From Pecten maximus (Eukaryota), in assembly GCF_902652985.1 (NCBI RefSeq), contig NC_047017.1, forward strand, positions 45,818,001-45,882,000: DNA of 64,000 bases. Direction: 5' to 3'. Each line of letters begins with the position of its first letter. Within the stretch, counting starts at the first letter, position 1. Shown in pieces: positions 1 to 12,900 of the stretch. The notes below the pieces were generated by a model. That model was given only the letters and a program-made list of their open reading frames with translations, did no database searches and was not told where the DNA came from. The translations under genes and the position numbers were made by a program.

Positions 1-65
1 CGGTGTACTGGAACTGCCTGACTGACAGATTTGTGGAGTATTCATAGCAGAAAGCTTTTCAAACT

Positions 66-158
66 ATGTTCAACATTATCTATTTTCTAACCCTGGGCTG
101 ATGTGACAAAGCCATGTTCAACATTATCTATTTTCTAACCCTGGGCTGATGTGACAAA
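66..158. repeat. Short tandem duplication, 45 bp x2 (period 48)
   Basis: atgttcaacattatctattttctaaccctgggctgatgtgacaaa occurs at 66-110 and again at 114-158. Confidence 0.9.
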
Positions 159-1057
159 CATTACAGACAAGGGTAAAGACAAAAGTTCAAGTGAAATACA
201 AAAGCTGTCCTCTTGTTTGGTAGAAAACGGAAGTTTGTGATGTAGAACACCAACAGCAACACGGGGAAAAAACAAGGTTATGGAAAAAGATGTAAAACTG
301 CAGTAACGTCTGTCAGAGATTGGTATTGTTACGATTGAAGGTCTCTGTATAACCACTGCCCGCCCATTTCTGACTTTAATGACCATGTTGTATGTTACAC
401 ATGTAACACATACTTGCACCTTTCATGTATATATTATGTTAAACATAATATTTGAATTTGTTCTATACTGTAAAACATCTTAGCACTAAGGCACCTCTTT
501 CATTAACATAATAAATTAGAAAGGTCCACCCTATATAATTCTTGTAATCAACAAAACATCAACATTAATCTTGGTTTTCTAAACATTTTATTATCAATGT
601 AGGTAATGTCAAATCTTAAGGACCAAATGTCTATATATTTTTTTATAATTAACATAGTGAGTATCTAGACAAGAAATTTGTATCAAATTACAGATACTGT
701 CATTTGTCCACAAGACTTCGCCAATGAGCTTCAAGCATATAAAAAATAATCTAGCTAGCACAGCCAAGCTTGGACAAATAACATCAGTCTAATTAAATGA
801 CAGTGACAACAGGAAAAAAATACTCTTACAAATATAGGAAGGATACAATTAGTTTTTTTTCCGTGACATACACAGTTTCTGAATTCTATGATAAAGTACA
901 ATGAGGGATGGAGAGTTAGTTAGCTAGAGTACACCTGTTATCAATTGTAATGTTTTGATCAACCTACAGACACCACCTTGAGGTACTACAAAAGCGGATA
1001 TTATAATAAAACTACAAACAAGTCATTTATGTAATGAAATCAAAGATATTTGTACAT

Positions 1058-2818
1058 CACCTTTACAGATACAGAGTTATAGAGTACCCACCTTTACAGA
1101 CATAGGGTTATAGAGTACCCACCTTTACAGACAGGGTTATAGAGTACCCCACCTTTACAGACATAGGGTTATAGAGTACCCACCTTTACAGACATAGGGT
1201 TATAGAGTACCCACCTTTACAGATACAGAGTTATAGATTACCCACCTTTACAGACATAGGGTTATAGAGTACCCACCTTTACAGACATAGGGTTATAGAG
1301 TACCCACCTTTACAGATATAGGGTTATAGAGTACCCACCTTTACAGATACAGAGTTATAGATTACCCACCTTTACAGACATAGGGTTATAGAGTACCCAC
1401 CTTTACTGACACAGGGTTATAGAGTACCCACCTTTACAAACACATGGTTATAGAGTATCCACCTTTACAGACACAGGGTTATAGAGTACACACCTTTACA
1501 GATACAGAGTTATAGATTACCCACCTTTACAGACATAGGGTTATAGAGTACACACCTTTACAGACACAGGGTTATAGAGTACCCACCTTTACAGACATAG
1601 GGTAATAGAGTACCCACCTTTACAGACAGGGTTATAGAGTACCCACCTTTACAGACATAGGGTTATAGAGTACCTACCTTTACAGACATAGGGTTATAGA
1701 GTACCCACCTTTACAGACATAGGGTTATAGAGTACCCACCTTTACAGACATAGGGTTATAGAGTACCCACCTTTACAGACATAGGGTTATAGAGTACCCA
1801 CCTTTACAGACATAGGGTTATAGAGTACCCACCTTTACATACAGGGTTATAGAGTACCCACCTTTACAGACATAGGGTTATAGAGTACCCACCTTTACAG
1901 ACAGAGTTATAGATTACCCACCTTTACAGACAGGATTATAGAGTACCCACCTTTACAGACACAGGGTTATAGAGTACCCACCTTTACAGACATAGGGTTA
2001 TAGACTATCCACCTTTACAGACATAGGGTTATAGAGTACCCACCTTTACAGACACAGGGTTATAGAGTATCGACCTTTACAGACACAGGGTTATAGAGTA
2101 CCCACCTTTACAGACACAGGGTTATAGACTATCCACCTTTACAGACATAGGGTTATAGAGTACCCACCTTTACAGACACAGGGTTATAGAGTATCGACCT
2201 TTACAGACACAGGGTTATAGAGTACCCACCTTTACAGACACAGGGTTATAGAGTACCTACCTTTACAGACACAGGGTTATAGAGTACCCACCTTTACAGA
2301 CAGGGTTATAGAGTACCCACCTTTACAGACATAGGGTTATAGAGTACCCACCTTTACAGACACAGGGTTATAGAGTACCCACCTTTACAGACACAGGGTT
2401 ATAGAGTACCCACCTTTACAGACAGGGTTATTAAGATAACTCCCCCATCTTTATAGACTTAGGGCTATTGAAAGTATTCCCAAAACACACTGTTATTGGG
2501 AGAATCTTACCTTTACAGATGCAGGGTTATTAACAGTACCACACATTTACAGATATGGGTTATTGGGAGAATATTACCTTTACAGATGCAGGGTTATTAA
2601 CAGTACCCAACATTTACAGACAAGGGTTATTGGGAGAATCTTACCTTTACAGATACAGGGTTATTATCAGTACCCAACATTTACAGATATGGGTTATTTG
2701 GAGAACGTAATCTTTACAAATGTTTGGTTATTAAGAGTACCCCATATTTACATAGGGTTATTGGGATAACCGCACTACAGATGCTGGGTTATCGAGAGTA
2801 CCCCACTTTTACAGACAC
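1058..2818. repeat. Minisatellite, 31-bp unit (29-bp variants)
   Basis: Unit cacctttacagacatagggttatagagtacc is homogeneous to ~2430, then decays to ~2818. Confidence 0.95.
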
Positions 2819-3364
2819 AATGCATACATACTAATTATCTACCCATTGATCATTGTATATGTAGATTTTGAAAATATATTCTTAGTTTATAAAGGCACTT
2901 CAAAATTCTGCATCGTCATTTTGAAGAAATTTAAGAATATAAGTTTACTAAATTTACATACATCATTTAATGGGATATTATATATCCAATGAATACATCA
3001 ACCCATTAGCATTAAATAGTCCTACAAAAAAAGGCTAATTCCCAAGGATTACCTCGGAGGTCAGACGCAGTTACGAGTAAGGTGACACTATCAGAACCAT
3101 CCAGTTTCAACTTTCTTGTCAATTTTCTTTGAAGATCATGCGAAGAATTGGTTATTTTTTAATTGAATTTTACTGCAATCGACAAAGTTGCAGTATCACT
3201 GACACCAATTAAAGTCACAATGACATGCTACCTCCTGTGTCATACCTCTCTGACTGTCACCGAGATTTATATAACCCTGCATAATTATATAGCGTTCTTC
3301 TGTTACAACTGTCAGAGGAAAGGCCTATGATACAGAGGAGGGACTGGGGTGTATGGATACATGT

Positions 3365-4025
3365 ATGGATGGGAGGATAGGGAAAGATTACCAGGGGAGG
3401 AAATGGATGGGAGGATAGGGAAAGAATACCAGGGGAAGAAATGGATGGAAAGACAAGGCAAGAATACCAAGGGATGAAATGGATGGGAGGATAAGGCAAG
3501 ACTACCAGGGGAAGAAATGGACGGGAGGACAAGGCATGAATACCAAGGAAAGAAATGGATGGAAAGACAAAGCAAGAATACCAGGGGAAGAAATGGATGG
3601 GAGGATAGGGAAAGAATACCAGGGGGAGAAATGGATGGGAAGACAAAGCGAGAATACCAGGGGAAGAAATGGATGGAAGGACAAGGCAAGAATACCAAGG
3701 GAAAAAATGGATGGAAGGACAAGGCAAGAATACCAAGGGAAAAAATGGACGGGAGGACAAGGCAAGAATACTAGGGGAAGAAATGGATGGAAAGACAAAG
3801 TAAGAATACCAAGGGAAAAAATGGACGGGAAGACAAAGCAAGAATACCAAGGGAAGAAATGGATGGAAAGACAAAGCGAGAATACCAGGGGAAGAAATGG
3901 ATGGAAAGACAAAGCGGGAATACCAGGGGAAGAAATGGATTGAAGAACAAGGCAAGAATACCAAGGGAAAAAATGGATGGGAGGATAGGGCAAGATTACC
4001 AGGGGAAGAAATGGATGGGAGGGAC
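3365..4025. repeat. Purine-rich minisatellite, 38-bp unit
   Basis: Unit ~ggatggaaagacaaggcaagaataccaagggaagaaat, ~17 copies. It explains the ORFs at 3257-4085. Confidence 0.95.
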
Positions 4026-4599
4026 AAGTCAATGCTAAATGGGTGTGTTAACATGACACACGGACTGTCTGGGCTATTTGACTGAGGAGTGAGGGGGTAG
4101 GGGTTTCAAGAAAAGGGAGGGGAACAAGGCAAGGTGATTTGTGTAATTGAGGATTAAGTGTGGATGGGGTTCGTTTGGGATGGAAGTGGTTATTTTATGT
4201 TATAGCATGGGGATTTATTAGGGAATTGTTCGATAAAAGCAATAATATCAGGAGCAATACAAGCATTCCTTTAGAATATTTTCCAGGTGGTGTTAAATCA
4301 GACTAAATTGATCCTATGATCATATATGTACATTTATAGGACAACATAGCCCTACACACATACGCATTATCATCATTACATTGGGCACCCATGCTCATCC
4401 AACTGCTGCGCCTTTCATCTCTAGATAACTGGAATGTCATCGCATCGCTTGGTTATTACAGCAACATTTTAAAATTCTATCCTCTTTATCTGGTGTTTGT
4501 ATAGAGACTGCCGAGCCACTTAATGTTCCTCATCCAAATATGTTCAATAATCCCTCCCATCCCGCAGATAAAATGAGTAATAAAACTAATACTCAATCC

Positions 4600-5200
4600 T
4601 GTTTGTGTGGTGGAATCGTGATGCAATGAGCGTCTTTTTACATTTTTTTTTCAGTTTCAGAATTTAATGTACTGTATAATGCAGTAAAATTCTGCCACAA
4701 ACAATTGCAGTATAATCACCTGCACAGTCGCGGTGAATGAACACGAAGAAAATCTCGGTCGTCTCCCAAATCACATACTCCAGAATCATTGTATGTTATT
4801 TGGGTAGTCACTTTAATTTTACTTATATGACATCACTCAACTGGAAACAATTTATAAAACTACAAAAACTTTGTTCAATTATCACAGATAAATTAGCGTG
4901 ATAAGATTCAGAAAAATCACAACATGCACTGTGCTCGCTGACCCGGAATAAGTACTTTCGCACAGTGGTAGTTTACTTCCTTAATATTGTGATCGGTCAT
5001 GCGTGACATTGCACGTTTTAATCATGGTCGCCACATTTACAACTTTCATTTTTTTGCCATGCTTGATGGAGTGTGATGCGAAATGAATGACCTACACCCC
5101 AGACAGGCGGGGCTTTCTATGTAACGTAAAATGGTCGACGCCACCTCGATCCAATGACCGAACAAAGTGTCAAAGGTCAGGGTAAAATGCTCATTGGTCA
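4600..5200. promoter_or_regulatory. CpG-retaining, promoter/enhancer-like segment
   Basis: CpG is visibly denser than in the flanks. GC box ggcgggg at 5106-5112, CCAAT at 5151-5155 and reverse CCAAT (attgg) at 5193-5197. No transcript evidence. Confidence 0.3.
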
Positions 5201-5584
5201 AGTCAACTATGTTAGGAAAAAGATGAAATAAAACACTCCAAAAACAAACAAGCACAGAGTACATTTACTGAGTACAAACCCAGTACACATGACAAGTACA
5301 AACCAAGTACACATCACAAGTGCAAACTGAGAACACATCACAAGTACAAACTGAGAACACATGACAAGTACAAACTGAGAACACATCACAAGTACAAACT
5401 GAGAACACATCACAAGTACAAACTGAGAACACATCACATGTACAAACCGAGAACACATCACAAGTACAAACCGAGAACACATCACAAGTACAAACCCAGA
5501 ACACATCAAAAGTACAAACCCAGTACACATGACAAGTACAAACCCAGTACACATGACAAGTACAAACCCAGTACACATCACAAG

Positions 5585-5713
5585 TGTAGCGGGACTGGAC
5601 AGGGTCGATCATCGGTGACGAGGTAGCTCAATTGGTAGAGCATCCGGCTAGTGTTCGGAAGTCCCGGGTTCGAACCCCGGTCTGGCCGCTACATTTTCTC
5701 CTCTCCTGTTACA
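5585..5713 (+). mobile_element. 129-bp tRNA-containing insertion, probable solo LTR of a Helenus-type TRIM (alternative: very short tRNA-SINE)
   Basis: Starts tgtagcggga and ends tcctgttaca (TG...CA, 8/10 inverted match). caag is duplicated at 5581-5584 and 5714-5717. Removing the insert restores the 24-bp unit. It contains a tRNA-like cassette. Confidence 0.8.
5617..5688 (+). pseudogene. tRNA-Thr(AGT)-like sequence inside the mobile element
   Basis: A box tagctcaattggtagagc; anticodon arm tccgg-ctAGTgt-tcgga; perfect T arm ccggg-ttcgaac-cccgg; acceptor stem gacgagg/tctggcc has two mismatches; TTTT at 5694-5697. Confidence 0.75.
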
Positions 5714-7311
5714 CAAGTACAAACTGAGAACACATCACAAGTACAAACCCAGTACACATCACAAGTACAAACTGAGAACACATGACAAGTACAAACTGAG
5801 AACACATGACAAGTACAAACTGAGAACACATGACAAGTACAATCTGAGAACACATGACAAGTACAAACTGAGAACACATCACAAGTACAAACTGAGAACA
5901 CATCACAAGTACAAACTGAGAACACATGACAAGTACAAACCCAGAACACATGACAAGTACAAACCAAGAACACATCACAAGTACAAACTGAGAACACATC
6001 ACAAGTACAAACCGAGAACACATCACAAGTACAAACTGAGAACACATCACAAGTACAAACCCAGTACACATCACAAGTACAAACCCAGTACACATCACAA
6101 GTACAAACCGAGAACACATCACAAGTACAAACTGAGAACACATGACAAGTACAAACCCAGAACACATGACAAGTACAAACCAAGAACACATCACAAGTAC
6201 AAACTGAGAACACATCACAAGTACAAACCGAGAACACATCACAAGTACAAACTGAGAACACATCACAAGTACAAACCCAGTACACATCACAAGTACAAAC
6301 CAAGAACACATCACAAGTACAAACTGAGAACACATGACAAGTACAAACTGAGAACACATCACAAGTACAAACTGAGAACACATTACAAGTACAAACTGAG
6401 AACACATCACAAGTATAAACTGAGAACACATCACAAGTACAAACTGAGAACACATCACAAGTACAAACTGAGAACACATCACAAGTATAAACTGAGAACA
6501 CATCACAAGTACAAACTGAGAACACATCACAAGTACAAACTGAGAACACATGAAAAGTACAAACTGAGAACACATCACAAGTACAAACCAAGTACACGTG
6601 ACAAGTACAAACTGAGAACACATCACAAGTACAAACTGAGAACACATCACAAGTACAAACTGAGTACATCACAAGTACAGACTGAGAACACATCACAAGT
6701 ACAAACTGAGAATACATCACAAGTACAAACTGAGAACACATCACAAGTACAAACTGAGAACACATCACAAGTACAAACTGAGAACACATGACAAGTACAA
6801 ACTGAGAACACATGACAAGTACAATCTGAGAACACATCACAAGTACAAACCGAGAACACATCACAAGTACAAACTGAGAACACATGACAAGTACAAACTG
6901 AGAACACATGACAAGTACAAACTGAGAACACATCACAAGTACAAACCCAGAACACATGACAAGTGCAAACCGAGAACACATCACAAGTACAAACTGAGAA
7001 CACATCACAAGTACAAACCCAGAACACATGACAAGTGCAAACTGAGAACACATCACAAGTACAAACTGAGAACACATCACAAGTACAAACTGAGAACACA
7101 TCACAAGTACAAACTGAGAACACATCACAAGTACAAACTTGTCGGTTCCCGGTATCCTCAATTGTTTCTGTCATCAATAAGATGAGGTTGTTGTTAAAGG
7201 ATAACATCCAACGAAAACAATGACAGATGAATGAATAAAAAGGAAATTAAAAAAGACAATGACATAACAGACAATGTAAGTACAAAGCTTTGTGTAGATA
7301 AGATACTGCAT

Positions 7312-7851
7312 ACACGATGTGGTACCGGTAACAGGGTCGGGCCCTCAACACGATGTGGTACTGGTATCAGGGTCGGGCCCTCAACACGATGTGGTACTGG
7401 TATCAGGGTCGGGCCCTCAACACGATGTGGTACCGGTATCAGGGTCGGGCCCTCAACATGATGTGGTACCGGCATCAGGGTCGGGCCCTCAACATGATGT
7501 GGTACCGGTATCGGGGTCGGGCCCTCAACATGATGTGGTACCAGTAACAGGGTCGGGCCCTCAACACGATGTGGTACCAGTATCAGGGTCGGGCCCTCAA
7601 CATGATGTGGTACCAGTAACAGGGTCGGGCCCTCAACATGATGTGGTACCAGTATCAGGGTCGGGCCCTCAACATGATGTGGTACCAGTAACAGGGTCGG
7701 GCCCTCAACACGATGTGGTACCAGTATCGGGGTCGGGCCCTCAACATGATGTGGTACCGGTATCGGGGTCGGGCCCTCAACACGATGTGGTACCAGTATC
7801 GGGGTCGGGCCCTCAACACGATGTGGTACGAGTATCAGGGTCGGGCCCTCA
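7312..7851. repeat. GC-rich minisatellite, 36-bp unit, ~15 copies
   Basis: Unit acacgatgtggtaccggtatcagggtcgggccctca, containing the palindromes ggtacc and gggccc. Confidence 0.97.
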
Positions 7852-7869
7852 GGTTTCATCAATGTTCCT

Positions 7870-8165
7870 TTAACTTGAAGAAAATGCCTTTTCAAGGGGA
7901 TTCTTTAATTAGGGGAATTCCTCTAACAAAGGAAGTCTTCAATCTACAGAATTATTTAATCAAGGGAAGACTGCTTGTAAGGAATTATTTCTTAGTCTTT
8001 AATCAAGAGAAATCTTTAAACAAGGGAATTCCTTTATAAGGAAATTCTTCGATCAAGGGAATTCCTTTAGCAAAGGAACTATTTAACCAATTGAATTCTT
8101 TAATCAAAGGAATTCTTTAATCCAGAGAAATCTTTGATCAAGGTTAAGTCTTTAACAAAGGAATT
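7870..8165. repeat. Degenerate ~20-bp tandem repeat
   Basis: Recurrent tttaatcaagggaattc-like motif. Confidence 0.65.
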
Positions 8166-8179
8166 TTTACTTAATATGC

Positions 8180-8810
8180 TATCTCATGAGTTGTTCTGAT
8201 GACAGGTAAGAGACTATCTTACGGGTATTGTGATGACAGGTGAGAGCCTATTTCACAGGTGTTCTGATGACAGGTAAGAGGCTATTTCATGGGTGTTCTG
8301 ATGACAGGTAAGAGACTATCTATTTCACGGGTGTTCTGATGAAAGGTGGGAGCCTATTTTACGGGTGTTCTGATGACAGGTAAAAGGCTATCTCATGACT
8401 GTTCTGATGACAGGTAAGAGGCTATTTCATGACTGTTCTGATGACAGGTAAGTGACTATCTCATGACTGTTCTGATGACAGGTAAGTGACTATCTCATGG
8501 GTGTTCTGATGACAGGTAAGAGGCTATCTCACGGGTGTTCTGATGACAGGTGAGAGACTATATCATGGGTGTTCTGATGACACCTATTTCACGGGTGTTT
8601 TGATGGCAGGTAAGAGACTATCTATCTCATGGGTGTTCTGATGACAGGTAAGAGGCTATCTCATGGGTGTTCTGATGACAGGTAAGAGGCTATCTCATGG
8701 GTGTTCTGATGACAGGTAAGAGGCTATTTCATGGGTGTTCTGATGACAGGTAAGTGACTATCTCATAGGTGTTCTGATGACAGGTGAGAGGCTATTTCAC
8801 GGGTGTTCTG
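8180..8810. repeat. Minisatellite, 34-bp unit
   Basis: Unit gtgttctgatgacaggtaagaggctatctcatgg, ~18 copies. Confidence 0.95.
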
Positions 8811-9914
8811 AAGATTTGTTTTCAGTGGTTCAAATTTTTGAGTTTTTTTTTTATTAAGGATGTATTTCCAAGAAAGTATGATACAGACTGTACCTATTTT
8901 TACTAATTGATCATATCCTCCGATATTACAACCTGGCCTTTGAAACTTAGCTTCAAGAGTTGGTAATTCCTGTTGGGCATCCAAATTCTATATATATTTA
9001 CCATACATACTATGATGAATAATAATGTGTAATCTCCTTTTAACTACAGGAACCTAATGAATAATTCTAATGTTCAGTTTTAAAGAAGTAACCTTAATTT
9101 GACCTATAAATACCTAAGCCACACCTCACTATTTACATGTCCGTGTACTACCTAACAAGACATTTATTATATCCCACACATATCATAATCAGGACCAGTT
9201 GGATTGGGACTGTAATCCCACCGATACATCACCCTATCTTTATTTCTATCTCTCTGTTCCTAATTTATATTTTAATGGCTGCCCATTAAATGTCTCCCTG
9301 ATAACAATCTTCCTATTTTTGGACCGAGGGTTTTTTTGACCCCTGGCCCTAATTCCATTTTCTGTCCCCAGGAGCAGCTCCTGTTTCCAATACACTGACC
9401 AAACACAACACAGATGTTCTGATCTGGGTCGTAGGTCACACTCACCTTTGACCAATCAGCTGTCCTTTTGTTTTTTACCTTCATTCTCTTTTACCAATCA
9501 GTCCCTTTTTTTTTGAGGTCAACATGTCACCATCACTCCTGACCATAGTGACCCATCAGATTTTTCCATTTGTAAAAATACAGGTGGTGTTTTTTAATAT
9601 CTCCTTTCCCATGCATAATTAATGATACACTCTGATCAACTAGTGGCTGCCCTGCAGGTAAACCTTTCACTGGACATCTGCATGCTGACCACTTGTGGTC
9701 ACTTTAAACAAGGAATCAATAAAATATTAATTATGTTCCTGTCTTTGTTATTTCATTCCTGTATACACTAGATCATGGCTGATGTATTTGATGGTTAGTT
9801 TGTATTCTTACTTGTCTGTCATCCCCTCTCATGTGTACCTGACCACGCCCCCGCCTCACTCCGATAACGGAACAATTCACTCCAACCCTCCCAAGGCACC
9901 AAATTTACACCCTG

Positions 9915-12900
9915 CCCCACTCAGTACCTGACTACATCCCCGCCCACTCCACTCCAGTACCTGACTACATCCCCGCCCCACTCCAGTACTTGACTACACC
10001 CCGCCCCACACCAGTACGTGACTACATCCCCCCCGCCCACTCCAGTACCTGACTACATCCCCACCCCACTCCAGTACATGACTACACCCTCCCCCCCATT
10101 CCAGTACCTGACTACATCCCCCCCCCACTCCAGTACCTGACTACATCCCCCCCCCCCCCCACTCCATTCCAGTACCTGACTACATCCCTCCCCCACTCCA
10201 GTACCTGACTACATCCCTCCCCCACTCCAGTACCTGACTACATCCCCCCCACTCCAGTACCTGACTACATCCCCGCCCCACTCCAGTACGTGACTACACC
10301 CCGCCCCACTCCAGTACGTGACTACATCCCCCCCCCACTCCAGTACCTGACTACACCCCGCCCCACTCCAGTACCTGACTACATCCCCCCCCCACTCCAG
10401 TACCTGACTACATCCCCCCCCATTCCAGTACCTGACTACACCCCGCCCCACTCCAGTACCTGACTACACCCTACCCCCCCCACTCCAGTACATGACTACA
10501 ACACCCCCCCCACTCCAGTACCTGACTACACCCCCCCACTCCAGTACCTGACTACATCCCCGCCCCACTCCAGTACGTGACTACACCCTCCCCCCCACTC
10601 CAGTACCTAACTACATCCCCGCCCCACTCCAGTACGTGACTACACCCCCACCCCACTCCAGTACGTGACTACACCCCCACCCCACTCCAGTACCTGACTA
10701 CATCCCCGCCCCACTCCAGTACCTGACTACATCCCCGCCCCACTCCAGTACCTGACTACACCCCCCCCCATTCCAGTACCTGACTACAACCCTCCCCCCC
10801 CCCCCCCCACTCCAGTACCTGACTACATCCCCACCCCACTCCAGTACCTGACTACATCCCACCCCACTCCAGTACCTGACTACATCCCCCCCCCCCCCCA
10901 CTCCAGTACCTGACTACATCCCCCCCACTCCAGTACCTGACTACACCCCCGCCCCACTCCAGTACCTGACTACATCCCCTACCCCCCACTCCAGTACCTG
11001 ACTACATCCCCTACCCCCCACTCCAGTACCTGACTACATCCCCTACCCCCCACTCCAGTACCTGACTACATCCCCCCCCCACTCCAGTACCTGACTACAT
11101 CCCCCCCCCACTCCAGTACCTGACTACATCCCCCCCCCCACTCCAGTACCTGACTACATCCCCCCCCACTCCAGTACCTGACTACATCCCCCCACTCCAG
11201 TACCTGACTACATCCCCCCCCACTCCAGTACCTGATAACATCCCCCCCCACTCCAGTACCTGATACATCCCCCCCCACTCCAGTACCTGACTACATCCCC
11301 CCCCACTCCAGTACCTGATAACATCCCCCCCACTCCAGTACCTGATAACATCCCCCCCACTCCAGTACCTGACTACATCCCCCCCCCCACTCCAGTACCT
11401 GACTACATCCCCCCCCACTCCAGTACCTGATAACATCCCCCCCCACTCCAGTACCTGACTACATCCCCCCCCACTCCAGTACCTGATAACATCCCCCCCC
11501 CCACTCCAGTACCTGACTACACCCCCCCCCCCACTCCAGTACCTGACTACATCCCCCCCCCCCATTCCAGTACCTGACTACAATCCCCCCCACATCCAGT
11601 ACCTGACTACACCCCCCCCCCACTCCAGTACCTGATAACATCCCCCCCACTCCAGTACCTGACTACATTCCCCCCCACTCCAGTACCTGACTACATCCCC
11701 CCCCCCACTCCAGTACCTGACTACATCCCCACCCCACTCTAGTACCTGACTACACCCCCCGCCCCACTCCAGTACCTGACTACACCCCCGCCCCACTCCA
11801 GTACCTGACTACATCCCCCCTCCCACTCCAGTACCTGACTACATCCCCGCCCACTCCAGTACCTGACTACATCCCCCCCCACTCCAGTACCTGACTACAT
11901 CCCCCCCCACTCCAGTACCTGACTACACCCCGCCCCAACTCCAGTACCTGACTACAACCCCCCCCCCCCACTCCAGTACGTGACTACATCCTCCCCCCCA
12001 CTCCAGTACCTGACTACATCCCACCCCACTCCAGTACCTGACTACACCCTCCCCCCACTCCAGTACCTGACTACCCACCCTCCCCCCCCACTCCAGTACC
12101 TGACTACATCCCCCCCACTCCAGTACCTGACTACATCACCGCCCACTCCAGTACCTGACTACATCCCCGCCCCACTCCAGTACCTGACTACATCCCCGCC
12201 CCACTCCAGTACCTGACTACATCCCCCCCACTCCAGTACCTGACTACATCCCCCCCCCACTCCAGTACCTGACTACATCCCCCCCCCACTCCAGTACCTG
12301 ACTACACCCTCCCCCCCACTCCAGTACCTGACTACATCCCCGCCCCACTCCAGTACCTGACTACATCCCCTACCCCCCCCAATCCACTACCTGACTACAC
12401 CCCGCCCCACTCCAGTACCTGACTACACCCTCCCCCCACTCCAGTACCTGACTACACCCCCCCCCCACTCCAGTACCTGACTTACACCCTCACCACTCCC
12501 AGTACCTGACTACATCCCCCCACTACAGTTACCTGACTTACACCCTCCCCCCCACTCCAGTACCTGACTACACCCCCCCACTCCAGTACCTGACTACCCC
12601 CCCCCATTCCAGTACCTGACTACAACCCCCCCCCCCCCCACTTCCAAGTTACCTGACCTACATCCCCACCCCACTCCGTACCTGACTACATCCCACCCCA
12701 CTCCCAGTACCTGACTTTACATCCCCCCCCCCCCACTCCAGTACCTGACTACATCCCACCCCACTCCAGTACCTGACTACAACCCCGCCCCCCACTCCAG
12801 TACCTGACTACATCCCCTACCCCCCACTCCAGTACCTGACTACATCCCCTACCCCCCCACTCCAGTACCTGACTACATCCCCTACCCCCCACACTCCAGT

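Larger units (their letters stand above)
5270..7139. repeat. Minisatellite, 24-bp unit, interrupted at 5585-5713
   Basis: Unit acaagtacaaactgagaacacatc; source of the MCSQFVLV / VFSVCTCD pseudo-ORFs. Confidence 0.97.

Noticed and set aside
5617-5688. Functional tRNA-Thr(AGT) gene
   Set aside because: The acceptor stem has two mismatches and the sequence lies within a TSD-flanked insertion in a minisatellite.
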